A stretch of DNA of 64,000 bases from Candidatus Latescibacterota bacterium (GTDB lineage Bacteria > Latescibacterota > UBA2968 > UBA8231): positions 3,040,001 through 3,104,000 of the forward strand of contig CBDETY010000003.1 of NCBI GenBank assembly GCA_965243025.1. The letters are read 5' to 3'. The position numbers were made by a program, and so were the translations under genes. Positions 40,812 to 49,767 of this stretch are shown piece by piece. Within the stretch, counting starts at the first letter, position 1. The number at the start of each line of letters is the position of its first letter. The notes under the pieces are model-generated. The model was given only the letters and a program-made list of their open reading frames with translations. It was not told the DNA's origin and ran no database searches.

Positions 40812-41648
40812 GTGGACCACCGGTGAATCGAACAGGCCCTTCCAGTGCAGGATGTGCTTGCACACGGAGAAGGCGTAGGGATCCGGGGTGCAGTAGGCGA
40901 TCATGGGCAGCATGCGGTGGTAGAACAGGTGCCGGGCTTCGTCCCACGCGCCGGCCTGCACCAGCCGGTGCAGTTCCACCTCGCGATCAGGCATGACGGC
41001 GGCGCTGCCGGCAACCACGCCGTCGGCGCCGGAGACGTAGGCGGGCAGCGAGAAGGCGTCCCAGCCGCAGATGCAGGTCGCTTGCGGGGCGGCGTCCTTG
41101 AGGCGGTCGAAGGAGTACACGTTGCCGCTCACCTTGACGGTCGTGATCCGCTCGATGGCGTCTACCAGGGGCAGCACTTCGCGGTCCACGTCGAGGGTGC
41201 CCTCGTTGGTCTGGTCGTAGAGCATCACGGGGATCCGTTCGGCGATCTGGCTGAAGAAGCCGTGCAGGTCCGTCCTGGTCAGCTTCCTAGTCATGGCGAA
41301 GTCGGCGCCGCACCGGGCCGCGAGCTCCGCGGCGGGCAGGCCGCGGTCTTCCTCGACGCTGATGATGCCCATACCCACGGGAACGCGGCCGTTCACGTGC
41401 TCCAGCACCGTGGTCAGGACCTCCTCGATCTCCTCGAGACTCTGCCCCTCGAACTCCCCCGCCTTGCCGCAGGCGACCACCGCCGACACCCCCGGCTCCA
41501 GAACGAAGTCGATCTGGCGGCGCATGCTGGCGGGGTCGAAGCGGGTTCCGTCGTCGCTGAACGGGGTGAACAGAAGTGCCACCACCCCCTTGATCACCTC
41601 GCCGCTGTCGACGGTGCGTAGCTCTGTAATATCCGTGTTCGCTGTCAT
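40809..41648 (-). pseudogene. DapA/NanA-family aldolase, C-terminus displaced by inversion
   Basis: LFTPF, CGKAGE, MLYD, TVKVS motifs; probable tail ENVPPWLQRELRELTQQLGLLEGV* lies on the plus strand at 40673-40747. Confidence 0.8.
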
Positions 41649-41707
41649 TCCTTCGATCTCTTCCCGGCCATCGCCGCGAATCCGGAACGGTGTCCCAAAG
41701 CGCCCCG

Positions 41708-42163
41708 TTACTGCCCCACCCCTGCGCCCGCGGCAGGCTGCTGCCGCGCAGCACACCGGAACAACAAGGCGGAGCCGACGGCTGAAACCGCGCTCAGCGA
41801 GGTCGTGGAACCGATTATCGCCAGAACCAGAAACCACAGCGGATGTTCGGATGTCATTGTCCCGAAAACAAACGGAAGCACTCCCAGCACCAGACCAGCC
41901 ACCGCCCCCCAGGCGGCGAGTCGGCGAAGCGGCAACTCGCTGAATCGGCGGCCGGTCTCTGCAAGCCGGAGCACTGCGAAAAAGATCACGCCGCCGACGA
42001 AGCCGGGCGTCGCCAGCGCAATCCAGGGATCGAGGACGGATTCCTCCGGAATGCCCAGGAAGCCGCTGATTATCCCTATCAGCGCACCCAGAAGCCCCCA
42101 TCCGGCTGCCCAGGCCAGCCCCATCCCGACAGCGCCGCCGATGCGTCCAAGCCACTCTTTCAT
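41708..42163 (-). CDS. Hypothetical 4-TM membrane protein
   Basis: MKEWLGRIGGAVGMGLAWA...; AGGTAGA upstream of ATG. Confidence 0.75.
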   Translation of the reverse strand: MKEWLGRIGGAVGMGLAWAAGWGLLGALIGIISGFLGIPEESVLDPWIALATPGFVGGVIFFAVLRLAETGRRFSELPLRRLAAWGAVAGLVLGVLPFVFGTMTSEHPLWFLVLAIIGSTTSLSAVSAVGSALLFRCAARQQPAAGAGVGQ

Positions 42164-42294
42164 TTCTACCTGCTTTATAGGGATAGGGTTCCCCGGCAGT
42201 GAGGCGAAAGCCCGGGGGGATCTTCCTGAATCATGATTGGGCCAAACGCCCCGGGGCCCGAACAACAAGCAACGTCCGCTACAGACGCCTCATT

Positions 42295-43110
42295 TCACCC
42301 GACGCGAATTCGCTGCTCTTCGCCAAGGCGGTCGAGAATGTCATCGATCCCGCAGTAGCAGACGCCGCACTCATACGGGTGCCGGCCGCTTGCTCGCAGG
42401 GCCGCGGCATTCTCCGCGTGAAATGAGCCCCTGTGGTCCATGTACTGCCCCCAGTGTCCTGCTGTGCCGCTGGAGAATTCCCAGGCCCGGAACGAAGCCG
42501 CCCAAGCACCCGGAAACAGATCCAGGAACGGTGGAAATCGATTCAACCAGCTCCCGCAAACAGCTGTCTTTGCTGTCGGATGGGCGTTCTTGGCCTCGAC
42601 CAGCATATCCTGAAGACTGGCGGCCAACCGCTCCCTGAATGCGTGCGCGAATGGGGAGTCGGGCTGGTAGGCATTGGCAAAATGGATATCAAGACAATCC
42701 GTCAGGTCCGGTAAAAAGTGATGTTTTGGAAGGAAATAGAATCGCCAGCACTGAAATGGACCATCCGTATAACTCTGGGAACGTTTGTACCTGGTTCCAA
42801 TGATTGGTGCAACCAGCGGCTCGAGCAGCTCCCAGCACTCAGTTTCAAGCTCATCTGGGTCGGCAATGCTGAGGATCCTCTCGCCTAACTGACTCTTGAG
42901 ATTCTCCCATTCCGCATTGGGCGGGTCCAGAACCGATTCCGGATGGCGGCCATCGTACAACGCCGTGTGCCGAAGGATATCGACTCGCATGTCGAATGCT
43001 TCCGACAGCGAGATCCGATGTTCCTCCCGGGATACCATGTGCTTCACGTACCACACCATCAACTTCAACGAATTGACAACAAAGTCACGGTAGGCTTCAA
43101 ACCCGCTCAT
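42295..43110 (-). CDS. Hypothetical protein
   Basis: 271-aa ORF overlapping the upstream gene; CGSWLN, WGQY motifs. Confidence 0.75.
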   Translation of the reverse strand: MSGFEAYRDFVVNSLKLMVWYVKHMVSREEHRISLSEAFDMRVDILRHTALYDGRHPESVLDPPNAEWENLKSQLGERILSIADPDELETECWELLEPLVAPIIGTRYKRSQSYTDGPFQCWRFYFLPKHHFLPDLTDCLDIHFANAYQPDSPFAHAFRERLAASLQDMLVEAKNAHPTAKTAVCGSWLNRFPPFLDLFPGAWAASFRAWEFSSGTAGHWGQYMDHRGSFHAENAAALRASGRHPYECGVCYCGIDDILDRLGEEQRIRVG

Positions 43111-44014
43111 CGCCGGCTTCTACACTCTCGTTCCAGTCGCGGGCCGACCGCGCGACGCGGTCTGGATGATGGCTGCTGCGGGCGACAAAGCCAGGCACCT
43201 CGGCTCGACCGGTCGGCAGTCCCAGAGCGCTGTACCGGGTGTCGACGCTCCAGCGGACGGTTTCGGACAGGTTCGGCAGCGACCGATGCAGGACACGTTT
43301 GGTCGTCAGCAGAACATCCCCCACATTCAACTCACCGGTCACGACCTCGCGGTCGGGGAGGTCCCGGTCGGCGATGCCCACGCAGTGTTTGCCGTTGGGC
43401 AGGGGTACCCGCAGGTCGTGGGGCAACAGCGGCAGTCCGTGCGTGCCGCGCATCATCTGCATGCAGCCGTTCTCCGCCCGGGCATCGACAAGTGGGATCC
43501 AGCAGTTCAGCAGCAAGGTATCCCCGACCTTTTCCGAGTCCACAAAGGCCAGGTCCTGATGCCAGGGAAGGACGGTCTCCGCCTGATCCGGAAGCTTCGT
43601 GCGGATGTTGAACTGCGGGTGGGCCAGTATCTCGGGACCGATTATGGATTCGACGACATCCAGGAGCGATGGCCAGGTTCGCAGTATGAACATGCCGGCG
43701 GTGCGTGGTTTCTGAACCTGGTCATGGATGTTTTTCTCGGCGAAACAGTGCTCCCACGCCCAGTTGCGCTCCGAGCAGGCCTTGCAGACCGAGGCCAGAC
43801 GGGTCTCGAACGGTGCGTCGGCGAACGTCTGCGCCGGGTCCAGCACCCCTTGTTCGACTGCCGCGTGCGCTGCCTCGTCGACTTTCTTCTTCAGTTCATC
43901 GATGAGCGGCTGAATCGCCGCGCGGGGCAACAGGTCCCGAACGATGAAAAAGCCACCTTCCAGGAACCGCCCAACCCGATCCCCGGTCAGCCCCGTTGCC
44001 TTCATGCCGCTCAT
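43097..44014 (-). CDS. Phytanoyl-CoA dioxygenase (PhyH) family 2OG-Fe(II) oxygenase
   Basis: PWHQD, NCWIPL, ENGC, LHRS..N...RWS; ATGA overlap with ankyrin stop. Confidence 0.9.
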   Translation of the reverse strand: MSGMKATGLTGDRVGRFLEGGFFIVRDLLPRAAIQPLIDELKKKVDEAAHAAVEQGVLDPAQTFADAPFETRLASVCKACSERNWAWEHCFAEKNIHDQVQKPRTAGMFILRTWPSLLDVVESIIGPEILAHPQFNIRTKLPDQAETVLPWHQDLAFVDSEKVGDTLLLNCWIPLVDARAENGCMQMMRGTHGLPLLPHDLRVPLPNGKHCVGIADRDLPDREVVTGELNVGDVLLTTKRVLHRSLPNLSETVRWSVDTRYSALGLPTGRAEVPGFVARSSHHPDRVARSARDWNESVEAGDERV

Positions 44015-44979
44015 GCGTCCAACACCGCGACCAAATCGTCCCTCGATTGGTTCCTGGCCACATCCACCGGCCTTTTGCCCTCCGAGTCCGTCAACCGGAT
44101 GTCGGCACCGTTTCTCAGCAGGGCGCCAATCACCTTGGGCGTAGTTCCTGCCTCGTAGCACGCAGCATGGAGGACGGCGGTTCCGGCAGGCCGCCCCCAT
44201 CTGGGGTTGGGCGATACATAGTTGACATCGGCTCCAAGCTCCACAAGAGCCAGAACCACCTCACCGCACCCTCCGAAAGCGGCGCTGAACAAAGGGGTCC
44301 AGCCAGGCTGTTGCATGAACTGGTCGGGGGTATCCAGATCTGCCCCCCGGGCCGCCAACGCCTTGACGACCTCGACCCGATCGGCCCCTGCCGCATGGTA
44401 CAGCGGGGTCGCCTGCCGGTACGAGTCCTTCGCCTCCAGCCAGGCGGAAGATTGGGCCAGGATCCGATCGACCTCCTGAAGATCGCCCAGGGCGGCGGCT
44501 GCGTGGATCGTCATCTCCGCGCCTGCGGCCAACAGGGCTTCCACCATCGCGATCCGACCGTGCCCGGCCGCGGTCATCAGGGCGGTCGAGCCGGCGCTTC
44601 CCTTGACGTTGGGATTGGCTCCGTGCCGAAGAAGGCTGAAGAGGGCTTCTTCCTTGTTCTGGAAGGCGGCCTGGACCAAGGGTGTACACCAGCCCATATC
44701 CGCCCCGAAACTCACCGACTCGACGGGCGCACCCGCGGCGAGCAACGAGTCCACACAATCAGAGGCGCCCAGCGCACTCGCACAGGCCAGTGGGTCCAGT
44801 CCGCGTGGAGCCTCGAATCCGCGAGAATCCCACGCTTCTCCGGAGAACTCGTTCGGCCAGGAATCACCTGTCAGCCAGGCATCAACCAGGTCGGGGCGAA
44901 CATTCAGTATCGTCCGAACCAAATCGGCTTCACGTCTCCAGATCGCCTCGAACAACTCATGGGCCGTGGGATCGGGCAT
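44011..44979 (-). CDS. Ankyrin-repeat protein
   Basis: Multiple TPL..AA..G...V..L...GA repeats. Confidence 0.92.
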   Translation of the reverse strand: MPDPTAHELFEAIWRREADLVRTILNVRPDLVDAWLTGDSWPNEFSGEAWDSRGFEAPRGLDPLACASALGASDCVDSLLAAGAPVESVSFGADMGWCTPLVQAAFQNKEEALFSLLRHGANPNVKGSAGSTALMTAAGHGRIAMVEALLAAGAEMTIHAAAALGDLQEVDRILAQSSAWLEAKDSYRQATPLYHAAGADRVEVVKALAARGADLDTPDQFMQQPGWTPLFSAAFGGCGEVVLALVELGADVNYVSPNPRWGRPAGTAVLHAACYEAGTTPKVIGALLRNGADIRLTDSEGKRPVDVARNQSRDDLVAVLDA

Positions 44980-45033
44980 GGGTAGACTCCTTCGCTTTTG
45001 CGCAGCTCCACGATTCCTGTGTCGACAACGATG

Positions 45034-46077
45034 TCAGGATTCCACAAGGCTCCTCAAGCCGCCTTCCAGGTCGTCCAGCCATTGCGGCGTTCTCGGGTGA
45101 AAAACTCCCAGCACTTCCCAGAACCAGCATAAACCGGCCCCCCTGGTGGCTTGCCTGACCTTGAGGTACGTGTCATCCGGTTCTATCCGCACTCCACCAG
45201 CCTCCACATACCCCGACCAGAACTCCTTCGGATAATGGGGCCGGCCGTAAATTTCCTGAGGCTTTCGGTTGAACTCTGCTGCGACATGCAGTTGTTCGTG
45301 CAGGAGGTCGCCGGTCGCTGCATTCTCAAAATCGTGAATACCGACAATATGCCCGTCATCATCAACCAGAAGATTGTGTATGGCTGCATCTCCCCATAAA
45401 AGCCCCTGTGGGCTCGGACCGGGCACAATATCGATCTTGCCCAGAAGATCCTCGATAACGGGCAACCTGCCTCGACAATCTTCTGGCAAGTCTGCTGCCA
45501 ACTCCTGGTTGTCAAGGAGTTTTCTCCGTATGTCATCCCGCCATCCGGTCATATCCTGCACCGGAAAAAGACCGTCGGTGACCTTTTGTTCATTGATGAC
45601 AGCAATCACAGAGCCGAATTCCTCGAGCAGGCGGCACCTCCGATCATCGCTGGTACCGGGCATCTCGAAAAAGTCCCGTCCTTGAGTACCTGGAAGCAGG
45701 TTTGAAATCAGGTAAGGATATCCGAACGCATCGGTGTCCTCGCACAGTACGCAGATCTCAGGAACGGGCAGAATGGTTGTATCGCGCAACAATGCGGTCA
45801 TATTGTGCTCGACCGTCAGCGAGAAAGCTTTCCGATATTTGATTTTGACGATGTAGCTGCCGTCGCGACAAACTGCTTTGTAAACACAGTTGGTCGGATT
45901 TGCTTCAAGTTCAGTCCAATCGATAACCGAGCCCAGTCCTTGACTGTAAATAGCCACTGCTCCCTGCTCGGCTGTAAAGGTCGGCTTTGCCGTGTTGGCT
46001 TCTCTGAATGCTTGTTTGCTGATCGCCAAATCCACGCTCTGATGGAATGTAGTTTTCTTGATGTCCTGGTTGATCAA
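45034..46077 (-). CDS. Aminoglycoside-phosphotransferase (APH/choline kinase)-like protein
   Basis: LPVPEI, LLWGDAAIHNLLV, IHDFENA; start uncertain (TTG overlapping upstream stop). Confidence 0.8.
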   Translation of the reverse strand: MINQDIKKTTFHQSVDLAISKQAFREANTAKPTFTAEQGAVAIYSQGLGSVIDWTELEANPTNCVYKAVCRDGSYIVKIKYRKAFSLTVEHNMTALLRDTTILPVPEICVLCEDTDAFGYPYLISNLLPGTQGRDFFEMPGTSDDRRCRLLEEFGSVIAVINEQKVTDGLFPVQDMTGWRDDIRRKLLDNQELAADLPEDCRGRLPVIEDLLGKIDIVPGPSPQGLLWGDAAIHNLLVDDDGHIVGIHDFENAATGDLLHEQLHVAAEFNRKPQEIYGRPHYPKEFWSGYVEAGGVRIEPDDTYLKVRQATRGAGLCWFWEVLGVFHPRTPQWLDDLEGGLRSLVES

Positions 46078-46628
46078 TCTATCCGGGCCAGAACCTCGGC
46101 CTTCAGATCGTCGAGGCTGCGCCATCCGTCCAGAATGAGATCGCTTACGTCCCTGGCTTTGCAGGCATCCAGAAACGGGTACCGAGCCTTTACCAGATAG
46201 TGGGTCAATTCACCTCGCAGATCCTCAAATGCTTCTTCTGAGGGCTTCTGGCTATCGCCGGAATAGTCTCTCAAGATTCGACGCGCCATGGCTACGTCGA
46301 GGGGAGTATCGATGAATACGTCGAGATCGATGATGTCGGCGAACCGGGGGTGGCGGCGTCCAAACGGAAAATCGAGAATTATCTGTTTCGCCCTACCCCT
46401 TTGAATCTCTTCGTCGACCGCGTTTCTCATCCCGGGACAGTCGAATTCCGTTATTTCCGCCCCTCGGCGGCTCCACTCATAGAAGTCCTCTGGATAAACG
46501 TTGGAGTCATCAAAATCGTCGAAGCAAAACAAAGCTGATTCCGGTAGTGACCGATGCAAGGCGGTCGCCAGGGCGGTTTTCCCTCCTCCGGAGACAGAAT
46601 TTATCGAGACGACAAAGTGCGGATTCAT
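46074..46628 (-). CDS. P-loop kinase (uridine-kinase-like)
   Basis: SVSGGGKT, FIDTPLDVAMARRILRD; ATG directly after GTTAACC core. Confidence 0.82.
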   Translation of the reverse strand: MNPHFVVSINSVSGGGKTALATALHRSLPESALFCFDDFDDSNVYPEDFYEWSRRGAEITEFDCPGMRNAVDEEIQRGRAKQIILDFPFGRRHPRFADIIDLDVFIDTPLDVAMARRILRDYSGDSQKPSEEAFEDLRGELTHYLVKARYPFLDACKARDVSDLILDGWRSLDDLKAEVLARID

Positions 46629-46700
46629 GGTTAACGGAAGGCGGTGACGCACCGCCCCTTGCGAGTGGGCGGTTGGTCGAAGGCCCAAGGGCCCGGGGCG
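46629..46700 (-). repeat. Truncated attC-like half-site
   Basis: GGTTAAC-7nt-stem arm, ACCGCCC...GGGCGGT hairpin, GGTCGAAGGCC-CAA-GG; far arm missing. Confidence 0.55.
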
Positions 46701-46793
46701 GGGTAAGGTTATGCCGGTTTGCGAACCTGGGGCAGCCAGGTTGCCGAAGGCCAGGGCGCGATCAGCGCCGTAGCGCAAAACGTGCTGTTAGCC
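46701..46793 (-). repeat. attC-like site (satellite copy; one core decayed)
   Basis: Closely resembles 32641-32729 (TTATGCCGGTTTGCGAACC...AGCGCAAAACGTGCTG). Confidence 0.82.
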
Positions 46794-46829
46794 GCTGTCG
46801 CCAGGCAATGATTCGGGATCGAGTTGCTC

Positions 46830-47216
46830 CTACTCAAATAATCGCCGGACCGCAAGGGCATTATGAACGAAAGTCTCTTCGAAAGGCGTACGCCCATTCA
46901 AATTCTTGGACTCCCGTTCAGCTCCCCGATCTAATAACAACTCCGCAACCTGTCGTTGGTTTCCGTGTGCAGCAGCATGGAGAGGTGTTGTGCCCCAGTG
47001 GGGGTTTTCGTTGTGCGCATCGATGCTTGCTCCTTGATCGAGCAAATACGCCACTACCTCGACATGACCCTTCCACGCGGCGCAGTGAAGTGGCATTGAA
47101 CCATCCTTGTCTGTTGCGGCTAGAAGGGCTGCATCCCTGTTTATCAACAACTTGACCGTCTTGAGGTCGCCTCGTTTGGCCGCTTTGATGACTGCTTTCT
47201 CTTCCTCGGTTCCCAT
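46830..47216 (-). CDS. Short ankyrin-repeat protein (probable cassette gene)
   Basis: PLHCAAWKGH, TPLHAAAHGN; lower GC; followed by a site. Confidence 0.9.
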   Translation of the reverse strand: MGTEEEKAVIKAAKRGDLKTVKLLINRDAALLAATDKDGSMPLHCAAWKGHVEVVAYLLDQGASIDAHNENPHWGTTPLHAAAHGNQRQVAELLLDRGAERESKNLNGRTPFEETFVHNALAVRRLFE

Positions 47217-47412
47217 TTTTTACCTCTAAAAGCAAAAATTGTGAAAAATCCCAGCCCGAATCGTCAAAACTCGCTTTAAGAGCTGGGTGCCCGGAGCGAA
47301 AATCGGGCTGGGCTCGCATGACGATGTGTTTACCCTGGCGAATTATCCGAAATCAAGCCTTTTCCAAGGCCCTTACCGCCCGCAGGTGAATCCAAAGGCG
47401 CTCCCCACCGGC

Positions 47413-48582
47413 CTACCAGAGAACGGCGGATGCCAGCATGGCGCCCTCGACCATGGCTTCGAGCTTGGCCCAGGCGATTCTGGGGTCGACCATTGGGTTC
47501 AGCGTGGCAGCGGTGCCGAACCCGCAGTCGGTTCCCGCCATCACGTTCTCGCGGCCAACCACCTCTGCATAGCGAACGATCCGTTGCTGGACCAGCTCGG
47601 GGTGCTCGACGAAGTTGGTCGTGGTGTCGAGCACCCCGGGTATCAGCACCTTGCCGTCCGGCAGCTTGACCCGCTCGAACACCCGCCACTCATGGGCGTG
47701 GCGCGGGTTGGCTCCTTCGACCAGAAGTCCCACCGGTCGGGCCTTCAGCAGCGGGCTGATGAGGTCGGCCAGCGGCACGTCTCGGACGTGCGGCCCCTCG
47801 TAGTTACCCCAGCAAACATGGAGGCGCATGCGGTCGGAGGGGATATCCCGGACGGCGTGGTTGAGCGCCTCGATGTGGATTTCGGCCGTCATAAGAAACT
47901 CACCGTCGGTCTGGTCGGCGTATTTGGCCGACCGTCCGCCCGCCAGGTCAGGCCCGTCGAGCTGCAGCACCAGCCCGGCCTGATGGATGGTGTCGTACTC
48001 GTATTTGAGCAGGTCCGCCAGCGCAAACACGTACGCCTCTTCACTGCCGTAATACCGGTCCACGATGTATTGAGAGGCCGCTCCTGGAGACGCTGCCGTC
48101 ATGAAAATCTCGCTCGGTTCCGTGGAACCGAGCGCTGCCTTCAGTGTCGCGATGTCGCGATGCACCGCGTCGGTGTCGTTCCAGACGAGGGCTCCCGTGC
48201 AGGCCGGTCGCTCCCAGCGATCAAGGCGCCCTCTAGTAGCGGCATGCTCCGGGAAGTCCCGCTGGTCCAGCGTGATGAACGGACCCGTGTCGCCCATCAG
48301 TTCCAGACCCCCGACGCGGTCTCTGAGGTAGTTCAGGTAGCTGGACTTGCCCTGCTCGCCGTCGTTGACGACGTCGATGCCCGCGTCAACCTGCTTGCCG
48401 ATAACGTCGGCCACGGCCTCGCTCACGCGCGACTCCAAAGCCGCCGGATCGACCGGCTTTCCGGCGTCGCGGTCTATCAGCAATTTCACCAGGTCCGCCG
48501 GACGCGGAAGGCTGCCGGTATGCGTGGTCAGAATCCTGTCGATGCTGCGCTCGATATGACTATCTCCTGGCGCCCCCGTCAC
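47413..48582 (-). CDS. Cobalamin-independent methionine synthase II-like protein (MetE catalytic domain only)
   Basis: TTHTGSLPRP, DGEQ, LHVCWGN, TDCGF. Confidence 0.92.
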   Translation of the reverse strand: MTGAPGDSHIERSIDRILTTHTGSLPRPADLVKLLIDRDAGKPVDPAALESRVSEAVADVIGKQVDAGIDVVNDGEQGKSSYLNYLRDRVGGLELMGDTGPFITLDQRDFPEHAATRGRLDRWERPACTGALVWNDTDAVHRDIATLKAALGSTEPSEIFMTAASPGAASQYIVDRYYGSEEAYVFALADLLKYEYDTIHQAGLVLQLDGPDLAGGRSAKYADQTDGEFLMTAEIHIEALNHAVRDIPSDRMRLHVCWGNYEGPHVRDVPLADLISPLLKARPVGLLVEGANPRHAHEWRVFERVKLPDGKVLIPGVLDTTTNFVEHPELVQQRIVRYAEVVGRENVMAGTDCGFGTAATLNPMVDPRIAWAKLEAMVEGAMLASAVLW

Positions 48583-48606
48583 AGGGAAGCGCTCGCGAAC
48601 GCACTT

Positions 48607-49641
48607 CTACGCCATTTTGCCCGTGGCCTGACGGCGGCGGCGGTGAGCAAGTTCGCGTAAGTCCACAACCACATCAGTTTCATCCACAATTTCCTGTCCA
48701 ATAAGCTCTTCAAGAACGTCTTCCAAGGTCACCACACCCTCCAATCCACCGAATTCATCAATCACGACAAACAAATGTTGCCGGAGTTCAAGAAACATGC
48801 GCAGAACTCGATCCAACGTCAGCGTCTTCAGCACGAAGTGGGCAGATCGCGCGAGACTCTGCAGGGAGACATTTTCGCGGTCCTCGGCAACTGCTGATAG
48901 AAGATCCTGACGGTGGACGATCCCAACAACATCCTCAGCATCTTCATCATCTACTATCGGAATACGAGCATATGATGGCACACCCATTTCCAGCACCTCA
49001 TCTACTTTCTGTCGTGCTTGAAGGGAATAAATGACCGTGCGCGGTGTCATGATTTGCTGAACTGTTTTCTCTTTCAACGATAGAATGTTGTGAACGGCCC
49101 GACCTCCTTCTGAATCAATGGTTCCCGCACGCCGCCCCATCTGCACCAATTCCATGAGCTCTTCCGAAGAAACAACATGCTCAACCTTGCCACGAGATAT
49201 TATCCGTGTCATAAATTGGCACAGCCAGATAAGCGGTGCTTGTGTCCAGATCAAAAGTTGGATGGGATATGCAATCCAGGGCACAAGGTGACGGGCATAG
49301 ACCACGCCAATCGTCTTTGGAATTACCTCAGAGAACATAAGAATCACGAGGGTAAATACCGCTGAAAAATGCGGCAACCATGGTTCACCCAAAACATCAG
49401 CGGCTGCTGCTCCAGCAAGGGCGGCTCCAACCGTATGCGCAATTGTGTTAAGAGATAGGATACCCGCGATGGGCGCATCCACATTTTCCCTGAACTTTTT
49501 CATTAATCGGCCAGGAGCACTGCCAGATTTCGCCAGCGATTCGACATGACCAACAGGAACCGAGTACAATGCCGCTTCAAAAAGCGAACACAAAAAAGAA
49601 AAGAAAACGGCAAAACTCACAAAAAATAACAATTCAAACAT
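48607..49641 (-). CDS. CNNM/DUF21-CBS (hemolysin/CorC-like) protein
   Basis: CSLFEAAL, FSEVIPK, IMTPR, VIDEFG...TLEDVLEELIG.EI.DE.D. Confidence 0.93.
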   Translation of the reverse strand: MFELLFFVSFAVFFSFLCSLFEAALYSVPVGHVESLAKSGSAPGRLMKKFRENVDAPIAGILSLNTIAHTVGAALAGAAAADVLGEPWLPHFSAVFTLVILMFSEVIPKTIGVVYARHLVPWIAYPIQLLIWTQAPLIWLCQFMTRIISRGKVEHVVSSEELMELVQMGRRAGTIDSEGGRAVHNILSLKEKTVQQIMTPRTVIYSLQARQKVDEVLEMGVPSYARIPIVDDEDAEDVVGIVHRQDLLSAVAEDRENVSLQSLARSAHFVLKTLTLDRVLRMFLELRQHLFVVIDEFGGLEGVVTLEDVLEELIGQEIVDETDVVVDLRELAHRRRRQATGKMA

Positions 49642-49767
49642 CTGATTACTCCTCTCTGCTTAGAAAACGACGCCTTGATGCACGGACTGCTCGCGGCAAC
49701 CATTTGCAATGCCAGCACCAACATTGGAAGCAATATCGTTCTCATTGGTTGACCTCCCCCGTTTCTC

